Shown here in pieces: positions 7,649-14,844 of a DNA stretch of 18,609 nt. Made by a program: the position numbers and the translations under genes. Position 1 is the stretch's first letter, and each line of letters opens with the position of its first letter. The DNA lies in IMG/VR virus record IMGVR_UViG_2534681878_000012, positions 1-18,609 of that record. One strand, 5' to 3'. Under the pieces are notes generated by a model that saw only the letters and a program-made list of their open reading frames with translations, had not been told where the DNA came from and ran no database searches. Origin of the DNA: a virus (Duplodnaviria > Heunggongvirae > Uroviricota > Caudoviricetes).

Positions 7649-8020
7649 GAGAGGTTAACTATGAGGCGCTTCGTGAGGCAGCACAAAACTATCAGTCGAC
7701 GCTGGCGTGGTATCAGGCTACCCCGGACAGCCCAAATGCTGAACGGGATTGTGATGCGGCTCTTGCTGCGTTTAAGCGTCATATCCGTCATCGGGAAGCG
7801 GATATTATCGCTGGTAGCTGGTTTGCTGGATGCGCGGGAAGTTCAATTACCGACTCGCTACGACCTTCGATATGGACACCCGATAAATGCAGATGAGCGA
7901 CATGTCATGATACCTAAAGAAAATGGCAGTTGGCTTTACCTGATTGACCTAGAACACGCATTACGCGTCGCTGGCATTCGCATCAAAGGAGAGGAGCATG
8001 GAAATAAAACCAGAGGATGA
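7645..8020 (+). pseudogene. Ead/Ea22-like gene, copy A, apparently frameshifted and shortened
   Basis: MREVNYEALREAAQ... N-terminus (frame of 7645) shares the Ea22-like motif with copy B; conserved C-terminus ...AGIRIKGEEHGNKTR is in the +1 frame (ends 8020). Frame switch lies near 7810-7830; total span about 125 codons versus 239 in copy B. Confidence 0.5.
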
Positions 8021-8354
8021 GTTAAGCAATATCGTTTTATTTCCGGTAAAAGAGGATGACCCTCGTAATCAGGTTAATTTTCTTTATGAGCCATCGGAAA
8101 GACCATATTGTCATCACGCCTCTGTTCGGGTTGACGAAAAAGAGCGCCAGGTCCGCTGTAAAATCTGCGGTGCGGTTGTGGAGCCGTTTGACTGGATGCT
8201 CTCTGTGGCGAAAAGAGAAACCAGACTGGCAGATGATGTAAGGCTATTGCGCCAGGAGGAACAGGAAAGGCGGAAAAATATAGAAAAGTTAATTCAGATT
8301 GAACGTAACGCGAAAGCGCGGATACGCAGGGCGACAAAATCCAGAACTGAATAA
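7998..8354 (+). CDS. Hypothetical protein with putative zinc ribbon (CHH...CxxC), cassette copy A, 118 aa
   Basis: Track ORF; start lies inside the Ea22-like 3' end; about 95% identical to 9696..10052. Confidence 0.65.
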   Translation: MEIKPEDELSNIVLFPVKEDDPRNQVNFLYEPSERPYCHHASVRVDEKERQVRCKICGAVVEPFDWMLSVAKRETRLADDVRLLRQEEQERRKNIEKLIQIERNAKARIRRATKSRTE

Positions 8355-8404
8355 ATAAATTTAGCGCTGTAAATAAAATCTAATCCTGAACTGGAGGTAT
8401 ATTT

Positions 8405-8617
8405 ATGTTAAATACACAGAAAGCCATTAATGCGGAAAAATATAACGAGTGGGCAAGAAAATTCTCTGAGCAGATTTTTAAAATTACTGGCGATGAGAAT
8501 GCGGCAAAAAATGAATTAGAACCGTGGACACCTGAAGGAAACGCACCAAATTATTGCTGGTGGGAGGTTGATCCGGTTGATGTTGCAAATGAAGCCATGA
8601 GTTACCACAACGATTAA
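8405..8617 (+). CDS. Hypothetical small protein (70 aa), cassette copy A
   Basis: Track ORF with GGAGG RBS; about 88% identical to 10101..10313. Confidence 0.65.
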   Translation: MLNTQKAINAEKYNEWARKFSEQIFKITGDENAAKNELEPWTPEGNAPNYCWWEVDPVDVANEAMSYHND

Positions 8618-8621
8618 TGTC

Positions 8622-8643
8622 AGGAGGCCGCCCGAAAGGGCGG
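8622..8643 (+). promoter_or_regulatory. SD plus GC hairpin with GAAA loop (AGGAGG, CCGCCC-GAAA-GGGCGG) upstream of the 8651 ATG
   Basis: AGGAGG 8622-8627, 6-bp GC stem 8628-8643, ATG at 8651; no U-run, so not a classical terminator. Identical element at 10318-10339. Confidence 0.5.
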
Positions 8644-8650
8644 TAGTTAA

Positions 8651-8833
8651 ATGCGAAAGTTTAAAATAATTATTGAAACGGGAATAGCCGGTGGAGATTT
8701 CGAGGATGAATTCGAAGTGGATGATGATGCGACGCCTGATGAAATACATGACGAAGCAAAAGATATTTTCTTTAACTACTGCAATTATTCATATCACGAA
8801 ATAAAAGACGAAGAGGAAGAACAAAATGGCTGA
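8651..8833 (+). CDS. Small highly acidic protein (60 aa)
   Basis: Track ORF rich in D/E (DFEDEFEVDDDATPDEIHDE...KDEEEEQNG); stop overlaps the next ATG. Confidence 0.55.
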   Translation: MRKFKIIIETGIAGGDFEDEFEVDDDATPDEIHDEAKDIFFNYCNYSYHEIKDEEEEQNG

Positions 8834-9002
8834 TTTTGGTTCAACTAAATACAGCGTCAGTTTTGAAGAATGGCATGAACTGTTAATGGAATATGCAGAG
8901 TTACGTGGTGGCAGTGCTGCTGATGCTGAAGCATGGCGTGATGATTATGAAGCAGGAAAAAATCCGGTCGAAGCATATTGTGATGAGTGGGGCGATGAAT
9001 GA
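8826..9002 (+). CDS. Small acidic protein (58 aa), not in ORF track
   Basis: Manual translation MADFGSTKYSVSFEEWHELLMEYAELRGGSAADAEAWRDDYEAGKNPVEAYCDEWGDE; start overlaps the previous stop and its stop overlaps the Ea22-like B start as ATGA. Confidence 0.5.
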   Translation: MADFGSTKYSVSFEEWHELLMEYAELRGGSAADAEAWRDDYEAGKNPVEAYCDEWGDE

Positions 9003-9718
9003 GCGAGATTGACTATCAGGCGCTGCGTGAAGCAGCAGAGAAAGCAACTAAAGGATGCTACATCGTAGGGCATACATCGGGCAATCAGCATGGGAATATA
9101 ACAGGAGTTTTTGTTTGTCAAAAATGGAAAGGAGAGCCCGGTGGCGTAATTGCAGAATGTCATGTTAACTGCCTGGTTGAAACAGATGCTCAGGCTTACG
9201 CAAACGCTGAATTTATTGCTGCCTTTAATCCAAATGTTGCGCTGGCACTACTGGATGAACGGGAAAGAAACCAGCAATACATCAAATCACGCGACCAGGA
9301 GAACGAGGAGATTGCGCTTACGGAAGGGAAGCTGCTAATCGAAAACGGCCGGCTTGTTGCCGATACGCTACGCCACTTAGCTGATAACGAAATCGACTCT
9401 GATTATTTTGCTATCACCTCAACGAATGAGAACGGTACTGAAATTGATCATGAGATGGCTATTACCGATTACGCACTGCAAGCTGCCGGAACTGTAGACG
9501 AATTGGTTGCGGCGTTGGAATCCGCAGAGAAGCGCATTGCAGAACTGGAAGCACGGGAAATATCGCTCCCAGAACGTAGCAGCATGCTTCATCGAACAGA
9601 TTTTCACGATGATTACCAAACGGTAATGGCATACAAAGTTTCTGAAGTCATCGCTGCAATCCGCGCCGCTGGCATTCGCATCAAAGGAGAGGAGCATGGA
9701 AATAAAACCAGAAGATGA
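8999..9718 (+). CDS. Ead/Ea22-like family protein, copy B (239 aa, intact)
   Basis: N-terminal MSEIDYQALREAAEKA... and C-terminal ...AGIRIKGEEHGNKTRR typical of the family; track ORF. Confidence 0.7.
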   Translation: MSEIDYQALREAAEKATKGCYIVGHTSGNQHGNITGVFVCQKWKGEPGGVIAECHVNCLVETDAQAYANAEFIAAFNPNVALALLDERERNQQYIKSRDQENEEIALTEGKLLIENGRLVADTLRHLADNEIDSDYFAITSTNENGTEIDHEMAITDYALQAAGTVDELVAALESAEKRIAELEAREISLPERSSMLHRTDFHDDYQTVMAYKVSEVIAAIRAAGIRIKGEEHGNKTRR

Positions 9719-10052
9719 GTTAAGCAATATCGTTTTATTTCCGGTAAAAGAGGATGACCCACGTAATCAGGTTAATTTTCTCTATGAGCCATCGGAAAGA
9801 CCATATTGCCATCACGCCTCTGTCCGGGTTGACGAAAAAGAGCGTCAGGTCCGCTGTAAAATCTGCGGTGCAGTTGTGGAGCCATTTGACTGGATGCTCT
9901 CTGTGGCGAAAAGAGAAACCAGACTGGCAGATGATGTAAGGATCTTGCGCCAGGAGGAACGGGAAAGGCGGAGAAATATAGAAAAGCTAATTCAGATTGA
10001 GCGTAACGTGAAAGCGCGGATACGCAGGGTGACAAAATCCAGAACTGAATAA
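9696..10052 (+). CDS. Hypothetical protein with putative zinc ribbon, cassette copy B, 118 aa
   Basis: Paralog of 7998..8354; same overlap with the Ea22-like 3' end. Confidence 0.65.
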   Translation: MEIKPEDELSNIVLFPVKEDDPRNQVNFLYEPSERPYCHHASVRVDEKERQVRCKICGAVVEPFDWMLSVAKRETRLADDVRILRQEERERRRNIEKLIQIERNVKARIRRVTKSRTE

Positions 10053-10100
10053 TTAAATTTAGCTCTGTTAAAAATTTAATCCTTAACCGGAGGTATATCA

Positions 10101-10313
10101 ATGTCAAACGCACAGAAAGTTATTAACGCTGAAAAATATAACGAGTGGGTGAAAAAGTTCTCAGAGCAGATTTTTAAAATTACTGGCGACGAGAATGCGG
10201 CAAAAAATGAATTAGAGCCGTGGACACCTGAAGGTGTCGACCCAAATTATTGCTGGTGGGATGTTGATCCAGTTGATGCTGCAAATGAAGCTATGAGTTA
10301 TCACAACGATTAA
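10101..10313 (+). CDS. Hypothetical small protein (70 aa), cassette copy B
   Basis: Paralog of 8405..8617 with GGAGG RBS. Confidence 0.65.
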   Translation: MSNAQKVINAEKYNEWVKKFSEQIFKITGDENAAKNELEPWTPEGVDPNYCWWDVDPVDAANEAMSYHND

Positions 10314-10317
10314 TGTC

Positions 10318-10339
10318 AGGAGGCCGCCCGAAAGGGCGG
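10318..10339 (+). promoter_or_regulatory. Second copy of the SD plus GAAA-loop hairpin, followed by a 4-codon mini-ORF
   Basis: Same sequence as 8622-8643; ATG at 10342 opens MKSD-stop (10342..10356). Confidence 0.45.
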
Positions 10340-10513
10340 TAATGAAAAGTGACTGAATTAACCAAAGAGAAATTAATCGAAGAAGCCAAATTAAAAATAG
10401 CGATTGCGAAATGCTACCCCAATTCAGGGATGGCACGGGTATAGGGCGAGTTATTCAAAATTGCACTGGCATAGCTGGAAGCAGATCCAGTTAAACGAGT
10501 TAACTCAGATCAG

Positions 10514-11227
10514 ATGCACCGAGTCTGCTTAGAAGCTAATCGCTATTTAGATAAATATGACGCGATGGCGAAAGAGGTAAATAAGTTGCTTGGACGCATC
10601 GCCCCGCCAGCGCCAGTATTTAACGGCGAATACGGTGACGCATATCAGGGCGCTCGTGAAGACCTGTCCATCTGGAAACGGCGAGCGCTTGAAGCTGATG
10701 AGCACGTTCGGCGACTGGAGCAAATCAATGACCACATGGTGAAAGAGGCGCAGGGAGAATCACGCATGGGCGAGCCTGTAATACGTGAGCCAGCACCGGT
10801 AGTGCCTGAAGAAGCAACTCCGGAAAACGTAGAAATGCTCTCTGGCTATGTTTCAACGTACAAATTAACCGATAGCGAGCGCGATATTGCTGCCGAAATA
10901 TGGAACGCCTGCCGCGCCGCCATGCTTCAGGCTGGAAACTTTCGGGAAAATAAGGGTTCGTCAACCAATAATTTTCGGGAAATCTCGGAAACGTCAACCA
11001 ACTATCCGGTAACTCCGGATGGTTGGATAAGCTGTAGTGAGCGAATGCCGGATGATGGTCAGCACGTAATTATTTTATGTGATGGCGCATTCGTTCTTTA
11101 TGCGCAATATCGAGACGGTGAGTTTTTTGATGTAGTCCGTAATGGTGATGAATTTTTCGAAACACAGAGCCGCAATGTAACCGACTGGATGCCGCTACCA
11201 GAACCGCCGCAGGAGGTGCGCCAATGA
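10514..11227 (+). CDS. DUF551-domain protein (Ead/Ea22-associated C-terminal domain), 237 aa as drawn
   Basis: C-terminal ...DGWISCSERMPDDGQHVIILCDGAFVLYAQYRDGEFFDV...WMPLPEPP resembles DUF551. No good RBS at 10514; the upstream same-frame sequence is interrupted by two TAG codons (10442, 10472). Confidence 0.55.
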   Translation: MHRVCLEANRYLDKYDAMAKEVNKLLGRIAPPAPVFNGEYGDAYQGAREDLSIWKRRALEADEHVRRLEQINDHMVKEAQGESRMGEPVIREPAPVVPEEATPENVEMLSGYVSTYKLTDSERDIAAEIWNACRAAMLQAGNFRENKGSSTNNFREISETSTNYPVTPDGWISCSERMPDDGQHVIILCDGAFVLYAQYRDGEFFDVVRNGDEFFETQSRNVTDWMPLPEPPQEVRQ

Positions 11228-11307
11228 TCTGGCCTGAAGCCTTTGCAATTACAGGCGTTGCTATAGCTATTGATTTTTTAGTATATGTTATTTGTCGGTG
11301 GGGGTAA
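11224..11307 (+). CDS. Very small hydrophobic peptide (27 aa), not in track
   Basis: MIWPEAFAITGVAIAIDFLVYVICRWG; ATG overlaps the preceding TGA. Confidence 0.35.
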   Translation: MIWPEAFAITGVAIAIDFLVYVICRWG

Positions 11308-11342
11308 AAACGTTCGCCGGGATTCACACCAAAGGAGGGAAT

Positions 11343-11447
11343 ATGTCGGATGATATTTCACTGGCAATGGAAGGTGCGCTGGCTGTTATTGCTGTTGTGG
11401 GCGTTTACTGCCTGGTTGTGTTTTTGATGGATCGACTAGGGAACTGA
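11343..11447 (+). CDS. Small hydrophobic peptide (34 aa), not in track
   Basis: MSDDISLAMEGALAVIAVVGVYCLVVFLMDRLGN with AAGGAGGG RBS 5 nt upstream. Confidence 0.45.
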   Translation: MSDDISLAMEGALAVIAVVGVYCLVVFLMDRLGN

Positions 11448-11635
11448 ATTCATTACGATATGGGAATTCCCATATCGGGTAAAAACGGTTTGCGGTAAAG
11501 CGAGAGTTAAGTAGAATTGCTGCGGGTGCTTGAGGCTATCTGCCTCGGGCATGAACACCAACGGCAGATAGAGAAAAGCCCCAGTTAACATTACGCGTCC
11601 GGCAAGACGCTTAACATTAATCTGAGGCCATATCT

Positions 11636-11848
11636 ATGCTCTACACACGTAGGTTAGCCTCTTACGTGCCGAAAGGCAAGGAGAAGCAGGCTATGAAGCA
11701 GCAAAAGGCGATGCTAATCGCCCTGATCGTCATCTGTTTAACCGTCATAGTGACGGCACTGGTAACGAGGAAAGACCTCTGCGAGGTACGAATCCGAACC
11801 GGCCAGACGGAGGTCGCTGTCTTCACAGCTTACGAACCTGAGGAGTAA
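11636..11848 (+). CDS. hokD: Hok/Gef-family type I toxin (51-aa core from 11693) with in-frame Mok-like N-terminal extension
   Basis: Core MKQQKAMLIALIVICLTVIVTALVTRKDLCEVRIRTGQTEVAVFTAYEPEE matches remembered HokD/RelF. Structured leader (9-bp inverted repeat 11536-11544 / 11563-11571) and 3' stem-loop as in hok mRNAs. Confidence 0.8.
   Translation: MLYTRRLASYVPKGKEKQAMKQQKAMLIALIVICLTVIVTALVTRKDLCEVRIRTGQTEVAVFTAYEPEE
11644..11679 (-). promoter_or_regulatory. Putative Sok-like antisense RNA promoter opposite the mok/hok start
   Basis: Minus strand reads TTGCCT (11674-11679), 17 nt, TAACCT (11651-11656); transcription would run leftward across the 11636 start. Inferred by analogy with hok/sok. 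Confidence 0.35.
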
Positions 11849-11855
11849 GAGACCT

Positions 11856-11877
11856 GGCGAGGGAGAAATCCCTCGCC
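11856..11877 (+). other. Perfect 9-bp stem-loop with GAAA loop just after the hok stop
   Basis: GGCGAGGGA-GAAA-TCCCTCGCC with no U-run; a weaker hairpin plus T-rich tract follows at about 11919-11945. Confidence 0.5.
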
Positions 11878-11950
11878 ACCTCTGATGTGTCAGGCATCCT
11901 CAACGCACCCGCACTTAACCTGCTTCGGCGGGTTTTGTTGTATTAGAATA

Positions 11951-12268
11951 TCAGGATATTACCTGGATCCCGTTTTTCTCGACAACTGAAAGAAGCCGAA
12001 GAGCTGCACCTCCCGGGCGTTTCACTCCTCGTTCCCAGTCTGATATCAGGTTTTTACTGACGTTGAGGTATCTGGCAAAAACAGGTTGAGACAGATGCTC
12101 TCGTTCTCGCAGTGCACGGATCCTTTCCGGAGACATTACCGGCGCAGGCTGAAGACAAGTTTCATCGAATTCGCGCATAGTTTGTTTTGTGATTGCACCG
12201 ATATCATGGAGTGACTCCATCATTTCATGTACAGATGCAAGTGCATCACTGCGGTAATTTTTACTCAT
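11951..12268 (-). CDS. HTH (XRE-like) antitoxin, HigA-2-like architecture (C-terminal HTH), 105 aa
   Basis: Track ORF; C-terminal ...SQPVFARYLNVSKNLISDWERGVKRP... is HTH-like; lies downstream of and overlaps the toxin by 8 nt. Confidence 0.65.
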   Translation of the reverse strand: MSKNYRSDALASVHEMMESLHDIGAITKQTMREFDETCLQPAPVMSPERIRALREREHLSQPVFARYLNVSKNLISDWERGVKRPGGAALRLLSVVEKNGIQVIS

Positions 12269-12632
12269 TGGGTACCTCCGTGAACTGGCCTTGTTGAATC
12301 AATTGTGCCAGCTGTTCATCAGTAAGATTGAGGACATGGGGAGCGGCTTTTCGAAAAGCATTTTCCTCTATAGCAGTGATATTCTCTCGTTCATTCTTTG
12401 CGTATGCGTAGATGAAAAAGGCTTTTTCTGCAACGCGGTAAAAAATTATTGTCCGGTAACCGCCTGATTTTCCGCCACCACTTCGGGCTAATCTTTGTTT
12501 AATGACACCACTACCCAAATTTGCGGATATGATCCCCTTATCGGCCTGCTCCACGATTTTGCGCAGCGATTTATCGGAAATCCGATGTTTTCGGGCGAAA
12601 CGTTCAAACCAGGCGTTTTTGAAAATTCGCAT
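12261..12632 (-). CDS. RelE/ParE-superfamily toxin, HigB-2-like, 123 aa
   Basis: Motif ...RLARSGGGKSGGYRTIIFYRVAEKAFFIYAYAKNERENI... resembles remembered Vibrio HigB-2; toxin-first order is typical of HigBA modules. Confidence 0.65.
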   Translation of the reverse strand: MRIFKNAWFERFARKHRISDKSLRKIVEQADKGIISANLGSGVIKQRLARSGGGKSGGYRTIIFYRVAEKAFFIYAYAKNERENITAIEENAFRKAAPHVLNLTDEQLAQLIQQGQFTEVPNE

Positions 12633-12652
12633 ACCTGCCTCTGCATTTTATA

Positions 12653-12667
12653 TAACACATAGTGTTA
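12653..12667. promoter_or_regulatory. Inverted repeat TAACAC-ATA-GTGTTA upstream of the toxin gene, candidate autoregulatory operator
   Basis: Perfect 6-bp arms with 3-bp spacer, 21 bp upstream of the toxin start codon. Confidence 0.5.
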
Positions 12668-12855
12668 CACCATGTGGACTATGGAGGCAATCTTTATTTG
12701 AGAATGCTTGCTGATTTATCGGTGTTCAAAAAACAGACGTAATTCAGATTGTATAAACGGCAGACAGAAAAAGTCATTGTTCTTGCGCATAAAATCCTCA
12801 GATTTACTGAGTGAAATGCGTCTCTTTTCATGGTTATAGTCCGAGAGAAGCGATA

Positions 12856-13083
12856 ATGCATTTCATTTCCTTTACGTCAGGAGGTGTTGTGAAAATCCCA
12901 GCCAGTTTGATCCCGGGGTTTTATGAGAGCACGCGCCCGGTTGTTGTTTACAGAAACAGTGATGGTTCTTTTCAATGTGGTTTTGTTATGCGAAGTAATG
13001 AGGTTGTTGTAAGCCTTTCTCTTCTTTCTGAGGTAAGAGAGTTGGCAGGATTACCTGTTGATGATATTCAGAAGCAGCTATAA
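12856..13083 (+). CDS. Hypothetical small protein (rem-like position upstream of ydfU)
   Basis: Track ORF 12811..13083; possible starts GTG 12811, ATG 12856, or GTG 12889 with GGAGG RBS. Confidence 0.45.
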   Translation: MHFISFTSGGVVKIPASLIPGFYESTRPVVVYRNSDGSFQCGFVMRSNEVVVSLSLLSEVRELAGLPVDDIQKQL

Positions 13084-13118
13084 AATCAGGCTGACTTGAA
13101 CCGTCGCTGAGAAACACC

Positions 13119-13406
13119 GTGCCACCGGAGATCCCGATGGCGCACGATAGCAGATTGCACAATTCTGCCGCCCTTGCCAGTAGGCAAGGGCGGTGTTCGC
13201 ACGTATTTAAAACCGACTGGTTCCAGCATCCCCTATGCACTGAAGAACAGGCCGAATGGCTGATCCAGTGTTACCGCAGGCGTGGTTACGAGTTTCAGAA
13301 AGATCTCAGCTTCGATCGTCGTCACTGGATAATCTCCGCCAGGCTCCCTTATTCCGAACGCCCACCGCGTCCGTCCCGCACATTCCAGCAGCGCATCTGG
13401 AGGTAA
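13119..13406 (+). CDS. Hypothetical protein (95 aa)
   Basis: Track ORF ending just before the ydfU-like start; no recognisable motifs. Confidence 0.3.
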   Translation: MPPEIPMAHDSRLHNSAALASRQGRCSHVFKTDWFQHPLCTEEQAEWLIQCYRRRGYEFQKDLSFDRRHWIISARLPYSERPPRPSRTFQQRIWR

Positions 13407-13407
13407 C

Positions 13408-14457
13408 GTGCGGGTATTACTTCGACCTGTTCTGGTACCGGAACTCGGTCTGGTTATCGTTAAGCCAGGCCGTGAATCAATGTCAGTATTCCATAACGGC
13501 AGAATATTGGTGGAGCCGGAACCGAAAAACATGCGCGGTCTGCCGTCCGGAGTCGTTCCTGCCGTTCGCCAGCCGCTGGCAGAGGATAAAACATTACTGC
13601 CATTTTTCAGCGATGAGCGGGTTATTCGTGCAGCAGGTGGTGCAGGTGCACTGTCTGACTGGTTATTACGTCACGTGAAATCCTGCCAGTGGCCACACGG
13701 CGATTATCATCACAGCGAAACAGTCATTCACCGTTATGGTACCGGCGCGATGGTGTTGTGCTGGCACTGTGACAACCAGCTGCGCGACCAGACATCAGAA
13801 TCACTCGATCAACTTGCTCAGCAGAATCTGGTTGCTTGGATGATTGATGTCATCCGTCACGCAATAAGCGGTACGCAGGAGAGGGAGTTATCGCTGGCCG
13901 AATTATCCTGGTGGGCGGCCTGCAATCAGGTGGTGGATGCACTACCTGAGGCAGTAGCGCGTCGTTCGCTGGGATTACCAGCGGAAAAAATCCGCTCCGT
14001 ATACCGTGAAAGCGACATCATACCGGGAGAACAGACCGCCACCAGCATACTGAAGCAGCGCACAAAAAATATTGCGCTACCGTCTCACACCCACCAGCAA
14101 CAGAACCCACCACAGGAAAAGACGGTGGTCAGCATTGCCGTTGATCCGGAGTCTCCGGAATCCTTCATGAAACGACCTAAACGTCGCCGCTGGGTAAATG
14201 AGAAATACACACGCTGGGTAAAGACACAGCCGTGTGCGTGTTGTGGTAAGCCAGCGGACGATCCTCATCATCTGATTGGTCATGGTCAGGGCGGAATGGG
14301 AACAAAATCCCACGATATTTTCACGCTACCGTTGTGCCGGGAGCACCACAACGAACTTCATGCTGACCCGCTGGAGTTTGAGAAAAAGTACGGCTCCCAG
14401 GTTGAGTTAATTTTTCATTTTCTTGATCACGCCTTCGCAACAGGCGTGCTTGGGTAA
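13408..14457 (+). CDS. ydfU: YdfU-like (DUF968) prophage protein, 349 aa
   Basis: GTG start with GGAGG RBS; same length and Q-proximal position as remembered Qin YdfU; C-terminal Cys/His cluster ...QPCACCGKPADDPHHLIGHGQGG...LPLCREHHNELH. Confidence 0.65.
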   Translation: MRVLLRPVLVPELGLVIVKPGRESMSVFHNGRILVEPEPKNMRGLPSGVVPAVRQPLAEDKTLLPFFSDERVIRAAGGAGALSDWLLRHVKSCQWPHGDYHHSETVIHRYGTGAMVLCWHCDNQLRDQTSESLDQLAQQNLVAWMIDVIRHAISGTQERELSLAELSWWAACNQVVDALPEAVARRSLGLPAEKIRSVYRESDIIPGEQTATSILKQRTKNIALPSHTHQQQNPPQEKTVVSIAVDPESPESFMKRPKRRRWVNEKYTRWVKTQPCACCGKPADDPHHLIGHGQGGMGTKSHDIFTLPLCREHHNELHADPLEFEKKYGSQVELIFHFLDHAFATGVLG

Positions 14458-14469
14458 AAGAGGTGACTG

Positions 14470-14844
14470 ATGCCCATAGATTTGGTTTTACCTTACCCGC
14501 CAACGGTGAACACCTACTGGCGACGTCGTGGCAGCACATATTTTATCTCGGAGGAGGGAAAGCGTTATCGCCGGGCTGTGGCGCTTATTGTTCGCCAGCA
14601 GCGGCTGAAATTAATCCTGTCCGGAAGGCTGGCGATAAAGGTGATTGCAGAGCCACCGGATAAGCGTCGTCGCGACCTGGACAATATCCTGAAAGCACCG
14701 CTGGATGCGCTGACGCATGCGGGAGTGTTAATGGACGATGAGCAGTTTGATGAAATCAATATCGTTCGTGGTCAGCCAGTATCTGGTGGACGTCTGGGGG
14801 TGAAGATTTACCCCATAATGCTTGAAGGGCAGGTCAAAAAATGA
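14470..14844 (+). CDS. rusA: RusA Holliday junction resolvase
   Basis: ...LPYPPTVNTYW...PDKRRRDLDNILKAPLDALTHAGVLMDDEQ... matches remembered RusA catalytic region; AAGAGG RBS; lies just upstream of Q. Confidence 0.8.
   Translation: MPIDLVLPYPPTVNTYWRRRGSTYFISEEGKRYRRAVALIVRQQRLKLILSGRLAIKVIAEPPDKRRRDLDNILKAPLDALTHAGVLMDDEQFDEINIVRGQPVSGGRLGVKIYPIMLEGQVKK

Noticed and set aside
7957-10345. Tandem cassettes as a recent duplication or assembly artefact
   Set aside because: The copies differ by roughly 5-12% at protein level with scattered substitutions, which fits old paralogy rather than collapse or duplication error.
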